The notes below the pieces were generated by a model. The model had not been told where the DNA came from and searched no databases. It saw nothing but the letters and a program-made list of their open reading frames with translations. Below are positions 38,600 to 51,998 of a stretch of 64,000 nucleotides of DNA, in pieces. Made by a program: the position numbers and the translations under genes. Numbering within the stretch: position 1 is the stretch's first letter; every line of letters starts with the position of its first letter. This DNA comes from Octopus sinensis (taxonomy: Eukaryota), in the NCBI RefSeq assembly GCF_006345805.1, contig NC_043006.1, positions 37,200,001 through 37,264,000 on the forward strand, read 5' to 3'.

Positions 38600-39700
38600 A
38601 GATAAAATGAAACGAAACAGCAAGATGGAAAATAATGTTTATTTATGTATACTTCCACTTGATTTATATTTGAAAAGTTTTCTCTTACTTTTTCTAATTG
38701 CAAAGTTTTTGATCAGATCCTCAAAATTAATCTTATGTAAAACATCTGCTTCTATACTTTGTAGAGATAAGGCATCCCGAATATTCTTTTCTACTCTAGG
38801 CACAAGGCCCGAAATTTTTTGGGGAGGGGACCAGTCGATTAGATCAACCCCTGTACGCAACTGGTACTTAATTTATCGACTTCGAAAGGATGAAAGGCAA
38901 AGTCGACCTCGGCGGAATATGAACTCAGAATGAAAAGACAGACGAAATACTTATTTCTTTACTACCCACAAGGGGCTAAGCACAGAGGGGACAAACAAGG
39001 ACAGACAAACGGATTATATTGATCCCGAAAGGATGAAAGGCAAAGTCGACCTCGGCTCCATTTGAACTCAGAACGTAGCGGCAGACGAAATACCGCTAAG
39101 CATTTTGCCTGGTGTGCTAACGTTTCTGCCAGCTCGCTGCCTTAGATAGCAGCTATATTGTTTTCTACTCTAGGCACACGGTCCGAAATTTTGGGGTGAG
39201 AGGGCCAGTCAATTAGATCAACCCCAGTACGCAACTGGTACTTATTTATCGACCCCGAAAGGATGAAAGGCAAAGTCGACCTCGGCGGAATTTGAACTCA
39301 GAACTTAAAGACAGACGAAATACCTATTTCTTTACTACCCTCAAGGGGCTAAACAGAGAGAGGACAAACAAGGACAGACAAACGGATTAAGTCGATTACA
39401 TCGATCCCAGTGCGTAACTGGTACTTAATTTATAGACCCCGAAAGGATGAAAGGCGAAGTCGACCTCGGCGGAATTTGAACTCAGAACGTAACGGCAGAC
39501 GAAATACCGCTAAGCATTTCGCCCGGCGTGCTAACGTTTCAGCCAGCTCGCCCCCTTAAGCATCCTGAATACTATTTTAGCAAGTTTAAAAACTTTGATT
39601 TGTTTTTCGCTGTAAACCATTTACCATTTCTCTGGTACCCCGCTTCCCTTCATGCCCAAGCACGTGCTTATTTTGCTTAATGGTTAATCCTGTGCTGATT
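38600..39700 (-). mobile_element. hAT transposon remnant split by the SINE C tetramer
   Basis: DALSLQSIEADVLHKINFEDLIKNFAIRKSKRKL resembles the hAT C-terminal dimerisation domain; end-like CAGCACAGGATTAACCATTAAGCAAAATAAGCACGTGCTTGGGC near 39697. Confidence 0.55.
38784..39559 (-). mobile_element. Tetrameric (two dimers) SINE family C array
   Basis: Four GAAAGGATGAAAGGCAAAGTCGACCTCGG cores; flanked by near-identical GCATCC(C/T)GAATA. Confidence 0.85.
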
Positions 39701-39977
39701 GGGTCGCATAACTTTATGTATTTGCCAATTTCATCCAATCTACTCATACAAAGGAAAGAAACGGAGATTAAATTGTGATTGTTTAACCCCAGGTCAGCCC
39801 TGATTGTGTAGACCTATGATCAAAGACTTTCTATGATAGTTATGACCATCCTGTCCTCTTTTCAGGCAATGTCTGTTTAGGACTACATCATCTCACGTGG
39901 CCTTCCCTTTTCAAGATTTTTATGGGTGTGATTTGAAAGAAATCTGATTGATATTTCTAGTAGGTTGAGCGACGCAC

Positions 39978-40115
39978 ACTCTCCTACCCTGATGTAATCT
40001 CCAGGGATACAGGTATCCAGCAACAGGACCTACGTAATGCCATGATGGACCGTGAAGTCTGGCGTAGCATGGTAAATTCCATTGTCTCGACCACGGTTGA
40101 ATAATGATGATGATG
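39978..40115 (+). mobile_element. 3' terminus of an RTE-clade LINE with (TGA)n tail
   Basis: LSYPDVISRDTGIQQQDLRNAMMDREVWRSMV...* followed by (TGA)n; DR..WR motif. Confidence 0.65.
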
Positions 40116-42658
40116 AGCAGCCACTTAGAACCTCTATTCAACTGATGGTGGTCATGATAATGATGATGATGATGATGATAACGATGATAGTAGCAGGGAT
40201 GGTTGACGATGGTGATGATGATGATGATGATGCAGTGGTAGTGACGATGCAGTGGTGGTGATAATGATGATACTAATGATAACGATGATGATGTTGGTGA
40301 TGATTGTGATTCTGAAAACGACGGCGACTATGATGGCGATAGTAATGGTGGTGGTGGTGAAGCACTTGACCCTGATAATCTAATGAAAATTCAAGTTCAA
40401 CTCTCGCATAGCAGATAGATAAAGTAGGAGTGGGGGTTGGTGGGTGGAACTGACCTTAAATCTGATTGGTTAAAAGCTTTCGCCTTCATAACTTTGGTCA
40501 ACTCAGCTAAGTATTTCCACTTGATAAAGATGGCGTTCTTGATATTAATTAGTTTTTACAATCATTGGCTGCTCAACCAGGTTCTATGGTTAGCCTCTTC
40601 TCCCATTCTCTCATGGTGTGTGCATGTGCATATGTGTGTGTGATTGAGTGAGTGTCCTTGTGTGTGTAGTGGAGGCGCAATAGTCCAGTGGCTTGGGCAG
40701 CGGACTCGCGTTTGTAGGATCGCGGTTTCGATTCCCAGACAGGGCGTTGTGAATGTTTATCGAGCGAAAACATCTAAAGCTCCACGAGGGGTGGTGGTAG
40801 TGGTGGCGAACCTTGCTGTACTCTTTCACCGCATCATTCTCTCACTCTTTCTTCCTGTTTCTGTTGTACCTGTATTTCAAAGGGCCAGCCTTGTCGCACT
40901 CTGTGTCACGCTGAATCTCCCTGAGAACTACGTTAAGGGTCCACGTGTCTGTGGAGTGCTCAGCCACTTGCACGTTAATTTCACGAGCAGGCTGTTCTGT
41001 TGATCGGTTCAACTGGAACCCTCGTCGTCGTAACCGACGGGGTGCCACGATGACGACGATGTATCTACATGCATTTGCATATGTATGGCTGTTTGTATGA
41101 GTGTGTGTGTATATGTAGGGCTGGATTCAGGTCAACTTTAGCCCTTATCACATCCTAATAAGGGTTCCCCTCTCTACCTTTCCATTGTTTAAGCAACAAC
41201 GCACTAAGGCCCGAAAATTGTAGGAGAGGTAGCTAGTTGAGTTCATCGATACCAGTGATCGGCTGGTGGCTATTTTATTGACCCCGAAAAAATGAAAGGC
41301 AAAGTCGACCTCGGCGGCATTTGAACCCAGAGCGTACAGACCAACGAACTACCACTAAACATGTTGTCTGACGTGTTAATGACTCTGCTTTGCTCGTTGC
41401 TTTCTTTTAAGACATAATAAATGCCAAATGTGAAATAATAGATTAAATGTTCAGTTTTCTTCTATGCCATCCCTCAGATCAATCTCTCACAACCATCTAT
41501 AATAATAAAAGCGAAATTCTGTCAGTCTGTCTGGGACCTCTGTATCTCAGCCTACACTTGCTCTACGTAGACATAGTATACCTTTTTGGAATCATGATAA
41601 TCCCAGGATTGAAAATCTGCCCTTCATTTGGTCCTTGCACACCCAGCATTGGGATCTCATCTAAAATCATTTGGGTTGCTATTTCTAACAGATAAAGCTT
41701 GGCTGATCCACGCCATCTTGTCAGAGGACGTCAATGATCAAAAGGGAGATAAATAACATTCGCTTCGTTAATTTTATGTGGAGATAAGAACTTCGGGACA
41801 AATTGGCCAACAATTGGAATTCAACTTGGGACTAGAACAATAGAATGACTGTACTACAGAATTACTTCTCATCCATCCTTAACTTCTGATCAAACACCAC
41901 CAGGACATAGAGTCATTGTAGATGTATTATAGTCATGCTGTTTAGTTCACTTTAGTTTTGGGCCACAGGCCCTATTAGCCCTCCATAGGAGCTAGTTTAA
42001 AAGTTCACATGGAGTGTGGCTTTTAAGTTAGTATTAAATCTAGCTTGTTATTTAAAGGTTATTTATTCAACACAAAAGTATCCATAAGTTATGTAACTTA
42101 TTTTCTTAGAATGGAGGAAATGAGAAAAATTACAAATTTTCTATACATCTCAATTTATTAAAAAAAACAAAAAAAACTTTTAATTTATCTATTTGCAACT
42201 ATGGTAAAAAAAATCCTTGTGGTGTCCTGGACACTGAAAAATAGTCCTTTTTATGTCTCTGGAACTGAAAACTTCCCTGTGGTACTTTTATTTTCTATGG
42301 TATTTCTTAAAAGTGTGTGCTAACTCTTTGAAGATATATTTCTTTTAATGAGGGACACAATTGCCACAGATACTGGTGGAGCACTTTATCTATATAAATT
42401 TATCAGACCTTGTGCCACAAGTAGAAACAAATATATACAAATTTTAATGGGAAACAATGAAAGATTAAATTGCTTTCTACTTTCTATGGTATCTGAAACT
42501 GTGTACTAACTTTTTGAAAATATGATCTTTTTTTGCTTCATGGAGTATTTTAATAATTTTTCAAATCTCAGATAGCTCTCATACGATAATCATGGCCCAA
42601 CCTCATTCTAGGACCTCAAAACAGTTGTGAGATTTGTCTGTGCAACATAGTATGAAGT

Positions 42659-42719
42659 TGCGTCTTGTCCCTACCATCGAAATGTGGGGTAGATAAAACG
42701 AGGGACAACTGATGAAGGG
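42659..42719 (+). ncRNA. Putative non-circularly permuted hammerhead ribozyme, copy 2 (same repeat family as copy 1)
   Basis: TGCG-TC-TTGTCCCT ... CCATC-GAAA-TGTG ... AGGGACAA-CTGATGA-AGGG; 8-bp stem I. Confidence 0.55.
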
Positions 42720-43059
42720 AATGTTCTTTATGTTGCCTGTCTCGTTTCTCTATTTGTTTCTTCTGTTCGAAAAAAAATTTGTTTTCTGTGTTTTTTTATG
42801 TTCTTGTGTCTCTTTTTGTTCATTTTTTTGATGTCCTGTACCCATATATGCATATATATATAGGTATGTACATATATATGCATATATTTATATATACATT
42901 TCATCCTCCTCCTCATCATCAACATCCATTTTCCATGTTGGCATGGGTTGGATGGTTTGGCAGGAGATGGCATCAGCTTCCATTATCTGTTTCGACATGG
43001 TTTCTATAGCTGGATGCCAAGTTCCTTACTCAGCTTGTGGCTCACTCTCACCCTGATGA

Positions 43060-43700
43060 CAGTATCATGATACAATATTTGCTTGGCTTTCACAAACATT
43101 CATCTGCAGTATTTTCTTAGCCATCACACGACTTACTTAGTGGGAAACTCCGTCAGACTTTTTCCCAGGTCAGTGAATACTAAGTATAGTGGACTGATTT
43201 TTGCTAATAACATCTCTTGTAGTTGTCTCACCAGGAATAAGGTAATGGAATACCTTGGCCAATATTTTACTTAAGCTCTCTCTCCCTCTTCCTAATTAGT
43301 GAAAACTTCTGTTTGTTGCTTTCCATATTGGTCTATCAGTCTGATGTCTCTGCAGTTGCTTTTACCAAAGCATCACTTTTGTTTTTGTATCAATTGATGA
43401 TGCGAAAGTCAATGGAGACAACACACTCCTCTACTACCTTTATTGACTAATATGTTTTACTTTGCCATGTATTTATAGTATTTCAGTGATCATCTCTTGA
43501 GGGTCCAGCAGCCTTTCTTGCCTTCTTATCACTAACCACCTTTTTTGACAAGCTTGTTAACTGGTGAGGTGTCCATTTGGCAGACACTTTCGTCTTTCAC
43601 CATCTTCTGTAATGCATTGCGATCACAAATCCAGTTGTACAGCAGGTTCACCAATTATGATTTGTCTGTCCGTAGAAATCAATTTCTCTCAGTGGTCTTA
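43060..43700 (-). pseudogene. Degenerate RTE-clade reverse transcriptase fragment
   Basis: KAAGPS, YKNKSDAL, LFLVRQLQEMLLAK and PLYLVFTDLGK remnants match the RT N-terminal motifs KAAGP..YKGKGDA..IFxxRQLQEK..PLYLAFVDLEKAFD. Confidence 0.7.
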
Positions 43701-44704
43701 GCTGATGATCTCCCACTGCGTGATTTGTTTTCTATTGTAAGTCATAAATCTCCATCTTCTCAATGTCATCTAATATTTCTTTCAATTAACATGTGGCTAT
43801 CAGCTTCCATATTTTCTCTCCTCAGGCTATTTTGTCTCTGACGGTCTGTCTGCACTTACTTTGATATAATTAATGACTAGTCAATCTTAAATGGTACATT
43901 TCACTTGGGAAAGACTTAGTATTCACAAGTAGACATTATTTCCATTTTCTGGAGAATGTGAAGGCTATCTGACTAGGGTGTTCATCCGAGTGGTAGAGGT
44001 TTAGATGGTTGACCGGTTTCGTGAATTAGGTTATTGGAATCATAGAACTCCAAGGACCTGGATCCTTCTTTGTTCCTTGCAACATATCTGTAACTGCCTT
44101 GTATATACCAGGGTAGCCATCAATTCACATGGACCATGAAGACCCAACAAAACCATGCCCACATGGAAAGTGGATGAAGGTTACATATATATTTATCTTT
44201 TTATTTGTTTTAGTCATTTGACTGTGAACATGCTGGGGCACCAGCTTCAAGGGTTTAGTCAAACAATTTGAATCTTGGATATAGCTTTTTAAAGCCTGAT
44301 ACTTATTTTATCAGTTTCTTTTGCCAAACAACTAAACTACAAGGACATACACACATATGACAGGGTTCCATACCGTTACCGTTTACCAAATCCACTCACA
44401 AGGCATTGGTTGACCCATGCAGTAGGAATGAACCTGAAACAACATGATTCCAAAGATTCTTAACCACACAGCCAAGCACATGCCTACAGACATACTTGCA
44501 TACACACAAAGTTTTATACATATATATATAGATAGATAGATAGATACATATATATATACACACACATACTCATACATACAAGATAATTTTATATGTGTAT
44601 ATATGTATATACACATAGGATATATATATATATACATCTTTGTTTGAAATCAGCAAAACTGTTTGTATTAAGTTACTTTTTTTTCACTGTTTTAAATTAA
44701 TAAA

Positions 44705-44716
44705 TTTATTTTTATT
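44705..44716 (-). terminator. Tandem AATAAA polyadenylation signals about 35-45 nt after the stop codon
   Basis: The plus strand reads tttatt tttatt, i.e. two AATAAA hexamers on the gene strand. Confidence 0.5.
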
Positions 44717-44750
44717 TGCTAAATTTCAATGTTGACTAAGAAAATAACAA

Positions 44751-44899
44751 TTAACTCGTTGACAACGGCTTGCGATATTTACACTGGATCCACACACGGT
44801 ACATCTTCAATTGTCGACTTCTGTTTACTTGGAGGCGCCGGTCAATGATGTTCTGCTCTTCCTCCAGGCCAGCCTGGGTGAACATCTGTCTTAGCTCAT
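44751..44899 (-). CDS. METTL2: METTL2-family last coding exon (149 nt incl. TAA)
   Basis: ctcttttccag|AT GAG CTA...ACG AGT TAA; [49 protein letters not shown]. Confidence 0.95.
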
Positions 44900-47800
44900 C
44901 TGGAAAAGAGAGGGTGAAAAAAAAAATTATATATTTGAGTGTTTAATTGAGAAGGGTTTAAATTTCGATTTTGGTTGTTCAGTCACAAGTCAATATTAAT
45001 CAAGCAGGCAAAAACAGGATGGTAAGGTGAAATCGGGAAGATTTAGTCACTATTTCTAGTAGCCGAGTGACTGTGGTTAACCTCTTTTCTCATTCTCATG
45101 TTTTACACAGTCTGTGGTTAGCCTCTTTTTTCATGGTGTGTGTACGTGTGATTGAGTGAGTGTCCTTAGGTGTGTATATGTGTGAGTGTTTGTATGAGTG
45201 TGTGTGTATATGCAGGGCTGGATTCAGGTCAACTTCAGCCCTTATCACATCCTAATAACGGTTCACCTCTTCACCCTTCCATTGTCTAACCAACAATGTC
45301 TGTGTAAAACAGACAAAAGCAACCTCTTTTTGAGAAGCAGGCAACATAAGACATGGCTCATTGTCAGAAAGGATGCATTGCTAAAACAATTGTTGGTAAT
45401 TCTTTGTTAGATATACCATTCAGAAAATCCCATGGGCTGCAGTTGTGAGATTTTGACTTTCAGTTGTTTGAGACTATGGAATCAGTTAAATAAATACCAG
45501 TTATATAATCGTAATAATGTTGGCACATTTCAATCAACCATTTTCCCTACTGAAAGGAAAACTGAAAAAAATCAACCAACATTTAAATATATCATTTTAT
45601 TTTTTTCTGTCTTATGGTGCTAAGGGAAATAATTGCGTGGCGACGAGAGCGCCTGTACCTGACAGTTTCACTTGCTCGAAACAGCATACTTTACTATGTT
45701 CTTCTTAAAAAGGATACATATAATTTGATAAGGCAGCCCTTATTATGTATGAAAGTAAGATGAGATGGTAATAGCTGTGTTACTTTGATCAGAGGTCTAT
45801 TCATTAGAAACATCAGGGACTGACCTGGTCTATACAACTGGCCCCTTCCTGCTATCCTATTGTGACTTGGTAACTCAGCCTATTATTGAATTGCCCCTAT
45901 ATCTCCCTTAATAAGTTCCCATACACCTTTAAAATGAGGATGACATGTTTTGGTAATCATCATTATCATCATCATCATTTAACATCCATTTTCCATCTGA
46001 TAGAGAATGGATGGTTAGACAAGAGCTGGCAAGCCAAAGAACAGAACCAAGGAGACATTTATACTAAAACGGTGACAATGTGAAGCACATGGAAACAAGC
46101 AGCCAGTTCCCTTCCTGGAATTAACCGATTCTCAAGCTAAAGGATATCTTATTCTATTCATCTTCAAAGGCACAGAACTAGCAGATATTTGTCAATGGTT
46201 CACAATCTTTTTAATATCTGAGCCAAATTCAAAACCTGGAGTTTGGGGGTGGGGTGTGCACAAAAAAAAATGAATAAATAAAACGCAAGTCAAGTAAAGT
46301 AAAATTTATCGTATTTATTATGAGAAGACCATCGAGAGCCTGCTGGAAGGATGCTTGAGGCCCACATGTGGCCCTGGAAGCTGCAGCTGAGAACCACTGA
46401 TCTAAACATTCACACACATGTGCACACACATGTACACACTGTCCAAGGTGCCATGCAATAGGACTGAACCCAAAGTCACATGGTAGCGAAACAAGCTTCT
46501 TAACCACAAACCCAAAATATCCTACTCTTTTTTTGTTAATAGTCAGGAAGGGCATTCAGTCATAGAAACCATGCTAAAACATGCAGTGGTGGTGGTGATG
46601 GGGAGGGCGTCTTCTGACTGGTTGGACCCTGTCAAATTGTCCAACGCATGCCAGCCCAGAATACAGCTGATGATGACGGAATGATGTGACTGAACCCTTA
46701 CTCTGGCCAATGTAATGATTATTTATTCACATTGTTTTCTAATTAATCATGCAGTTATCTTGTAGCTATGAAGTTTCAATGATATTCTTTCATTCTTTTA
46801 CTTGTTTCAGTCATTTGGCTATGGCCATGCTGGAGCACCGCCTTAAAGGATTTTAGTCAATGAAATCGACCCCAGGACTTGTTCTTTGTAAGCTTAGTAT
46901 TTTATTCTATCGGTATAAACAGACACAAACACATAAATGTATATATATATAAAGACTCCGCCGGTTACGACGACGAGGGTCCCAGCTGATACGATCAACG
47001 GAACAGCTTGCTCGTGAAATTAACGTGCAAATGGCTGAGCATTCCACAGACACGTGTACCCTTAACGTAGTTCTCGGGGATAATCAGCGTGACACAGAGA
47101 GTGACAAGGCTGACCCTTTGAAATACAAGTACAACTCATTTTTGCCAGCTGAGTGGACTGGAGCAACGTGAAATAAAGTGTCTTGCTCAAGGACACAACG
47201 CGTCGCCGGGAATCGAACTCACAACCTTACGATCATGAGTCGAATGCCCTAACCACTAAGCCATATATATGATGATGATGATGATGTAGACACACACACA
47301 CACATATATATATATACATATATATATACATATATATGATGGGCTTCTTTCTGTTTCTGTTTACCAAATCCACTCACAAAGCTTTGGTCGGACCAAGGCT
47401 ATAGTAGAAGACACTTGCCCAAAGTATAATTGTTTATTTCTAGAATAGAATTGTAGGGTAGGGTGAAAGGCTGAATTTGGGTGGTTTGAACACCAAAGGA
47501 GGTAGAGTATTCGGGCCGGATAAGACCAGTTTAAATGCTAAAGGGTTAAAAGAGATTTACCTGCTGTTTCAATGAGAGGCTGGTAATACATGTCTATGCA
47601 TGTGTGTGTGTTCATGTTACTGAAAGTGAACTTACCTTGGGTAAAGAAGTATACTCGAGTACCATCTTGGCGGACATAGAAGTTTTCTGACAAGCATCTA
47701 CCTGTGTGTGGTAATGGCAAAAGGTGAGAAGAATGACAAGGCGTTTCATACACTGGGGACACAAGTAGACACATTTTTACGGGAAGATTAAGAGGAACAT

Positions 47801-50800
47801 TAAATGTAAAGTGAAATGCAAAGGAGTTTCAACTTAGAACGTAACTGATAATCATAAGAAATTTAAGGTTTTGGTTATGTGGAGGCACAGGGTTGGTTGT
47901 GGTTAAGAAGCTCATTTTACATCCCTGTGGTTTCAGGTTCAGCCCCCTGCACCTTGGGCAGCTGTCTTTTACTATAGCCCTGGGCCAACCAATGGTCTAC
48001 GAGTGAATTTGATAGATGGAAACTGGGTGGAAAACTGTTGCCATCATTATCATCGTTTAACATCCGCTTTCCATGCTGGCATGGATTGGACAGTTTGACT
48101 AAGGACTGGCAAGCCAGGAGGCTGCACCAGGTTCCAATCTGATTTGGCAAGGTTTCTACAGTTAGTTGCCCTTCCTAACACCAACCACTCTGAGAGTGTG
48201 GTGGGTGCTTTTTTTGTACCACAGGCACGGGAGTCAGTCAGGTGGTATTGGCATTGGCCACACTCGAATGGTGCTTTTTATGTGCCAGTCAGGTGGCACT
48301 GGCATTGGTCATGCTTGAATGGTGCTTTTTATGTGCCACTAGCACAGGTGGCAGTCAAGTAGCACTGGCATTGGCCATGACTACGATTTCACTCAGTTCA
48401 ACAAGTCTTCACTAGCAAAGCATATTGCCCGATGATTGGAGGGTGCTCTTAAATGGGCGATCTCACTTGGTTTGCCGAGTCTTCTCAAGTACAGCATATC
48501 TCTAAAGGTCCCAGTTGCTTGTCATTGCCTTTATAAGGCTCAACATTTGAAGGATGTGCTTCACCACCTCATCCCATATCTTCCTGGGTCTTCCTCTTCC
48601 ACTGGTTCCCTCCACTGTATATATACTGTTATACACTGTATATACACACTGCTGTGTGTGTGGGTGTGTCTCTTTGTGCCTTTGTTTGTTCTCCTCACTG
48701 CTTGAAAACCAGTGTTGGTTTGTTTACAATCTTTTACTTAGTGGTTCAGCAAAATTGTCCAATAGAATAAGTACCAGACTTATAAAGAGAAAATAGTAGT
48801 GGGGTTTTGTTCCAGAGAACTCTTTGAGGCAGTGCTCCAGCATGGGCACAATTCAATGGCTGAAACAAGTAAAAGACAAAAGACACACATTATATATATA
48901 TCTATATAACTATATACGTATTTCAAAATAGAAAATTACCCTTTAACAGGTAATTTTTACATGCTAGAAATAGCAGCCTACCTGTTAAAGGGTAATTTTC
49001 TATTTTGAAATACGAATATGTTGTCTATTGACTTTTTATACATGCTAGGCCACTGGTGGTGATATTTATAATGAGTATTCGCCACTCTATATATATATGT
49101 GAAGGCGCATGGCTCAGTGGTTAAAGTGTCAAGCTTACGATTATATGAGGTCGTGAGTTCAATTCCTGAACTGGGCTGTGTGTTGTGTTCCTGAGCAAGA
49201 CATTTTATTTCTAGATCTCTCATCTGTAGAAATGAGTTGCAACATTACTGGTGTGAAGTTGTATTGGCCTTTGACTTTCCCTTGGATAATATCAGTGGCG
49301 TGGAGGCAGAAGCTGGTATGCACGGCCTTCCATAACCAACTTTGCCCTGACTTGTGCCTCAGAAAGGAACTTTCTGGGTGCAATCCCATGGTCATTCATG
49401 ACCAAAGGCGGTTACCCTATACACACACACACACACACACATAGATACATGAGGGTTTCTGCATAATTCCTGTTGACCAAATTTCCTCCACCAAAAGCTA
49501 TGTTTGAAGACACATTATGCCCAAGGTGCCATGCAGAGAGTTTGAACACGGAACCATATGGTTTGGAAGTAAACTTCTTAACAACATAGCCACAAGATAC
49601 CTGACAGCAAACACAATGGATGTAGAAATAGGCTGAAATTATGACCTTGTGGTTCAGAAATCAATCACTTTCAATCCCAGATCAACAAACTGCATTGTCA
49701 GGACTCCCTGAAGCAAATCCTGCTTACCTTTCTTGAATCGTAGCTGGGCCATGTCATAGCGACCGTAATCTCTGAACAGTAAAAGACCTCCTGGTTTCAA
49801 GTAACTACTTAATCTGTTCACAGTTTGTTGCATCCTGTCGGGAGAAAGAGAGAGAGAGAAGTAGAGTAAATGTAAAGACAGCATTGAGGTAAAAGAGAGG
49901 AGATGGAATATTCAATATACCATGGCATTCATCATCATCATTTAACATCTGTTTTCCATGTTGGCATGGGTTAGATGGTTCGACTGGAACTGGTAAGCTG
50001 GGGAGCAGCACCAGGTTCAGTCTAATTTGGCTTGGTTTCTACAGCTGGATGCCCTTCCTAATGCCAACCACTCCTTGCTTTAACTCTTTTTGCACCAACA
50101 TTTACCTGAGATCACTCCTGTTTCTATGATGTTAATTAGTTTAAAGTGGTTGAAATCAAAGTTGTTCACCAATATTTCATGATAATTTATGTACCAAGCA
50201 CCAGCTTAAAAAGTTATTTTACTAAATGCTCCATTATTTTCAAATTAGCTAAAAGAAGAAGTAGTGTATTTTAACATAAATATGATAATGAAATGGTTAA
50301 CCTCTCATCTCCTAGCATAAAACTGACCCCATTCCCCCCTTGGAGTTAGTAGTCCTGCAAGTTGCATGGTGGCACGAAAAAAGCACCCAGCATGTGCTGT
50401 AAAGTGATAGGCGTTAGGAAGGGTAACCAACTGTTGAAACCATACCAAAGCAGACACTGGAGCATGATGCAGTCCTTGGGCCCATAGGATCCAGTCAAAC
50501 AGTCCATCTTCTGCTGGCATGGAACATGGGACATTAAATGATGACGATGATGATGATGATGATATATAATATACTTCAATGAGGAGAACCTCTGTCACAC
50601 GAAATAGCAGAGGAATTTCAAATTACATTTTCATGTCATAAAGAAGAGGAAAAGACACATTAGTTGATGTAGTGCTAAAAGCACTCTGTGTGAATAAAAG
50701 ACAAGGTGGTCATGGCAGGAATATCTCTGTTGCATCAGAGCTGGAGGAGTAGGAGGAGGAGGAAGAAGAAGCCATCGTTGTCGTTGTCATCATCATCATC

Positions 50801-51706
50801 ATCATTGTTTAACATCCCCTTTCCATGTTGTCATAGGTTGGATGGTTTGACATGGAACTGGCTAGCAGGGAGCTCTCCAGAATCCAACTGTCCATTGTGG
50901 CATTGTTTCTATGGCTAGATGCTCTTCTTAACACCAACCACATTAACAGAGTGTGCTGGGGGATTTTATCACAAGGGCAAACAGTAACAGAGTAATATCT
51001 TTATTGTTCCAACTTTAGTGTAATAATAATAATAATAATAATAATAAAAATCATCATCATCATCATCACCTGTATAGAAAATCAAACACATAAAACGCTT
51101 TGGATCCACAGCCTAGGCACAGGCACTGCTGTGTGGAGTTGGTACTTCCTACATACTTTCATGTATGAAAGTAGGTAGGAAGAAATAGAACAACATTTTA
51201 TGATGAGTGCAAAGTGAAATAGAAGTAAAGACGGTTGTTGAGTGAAGACAAAAGTGATTCTTACTTGTTTGGACTAATAGCATTAAGGACAAATATCATA
51301 ATAATAATATCGAGGCTGTTTTCTTCAAACGGTACTGGAGAATACTCATTGGTGATGTCACATACAAATGGGTAGCAGCGTGAAGGTTCAAATTCTGGAT
51401 GTTCCTGTTGAAGTAGGAAGTGATGGAAATTATTTTATTGATGGTTCAATCATTTAAGAGCATGTGTATATATGCTATCTATCTATCTGTTTATCTAGTC
51501 TTTTATACTTTTACTTGTTTCAGTCATTTAACTGCAGTCATGCTGGAGCACTGCCTTTAGTCAAAGAAATCAACCCCAGGACTTATTCTTTGTAAATCTA
51601 GTACTTATTCTATTGGTCTCTCTTGTCAAACCGCTAAGTTATGGGGACGTAAACACACCAACATCAGTTGTCAGGTGATGGTGGGGGGACAAATACAGAC
51701 ACACAA

Positions 51707-51765
<59 letters not shown>

Positions 51766-51951
51766 AAAGGCTTCTTTCAGTTTCCATCAACCAAATCCAC
51801 TCACAGGCTTTGGTTGGTCTGAGGCTATAGTAGAAGATACTTGCCCAGGGTGCAAGACAGTGGGACTGAACCCAGAACTATGTGATTGGGAAGCAAGCTT
51901 CTTATCACACAGCCACTCCTGCACCTGTATACACACACACACACACACATA

Positions 51952-51998
<47 letters not shown>

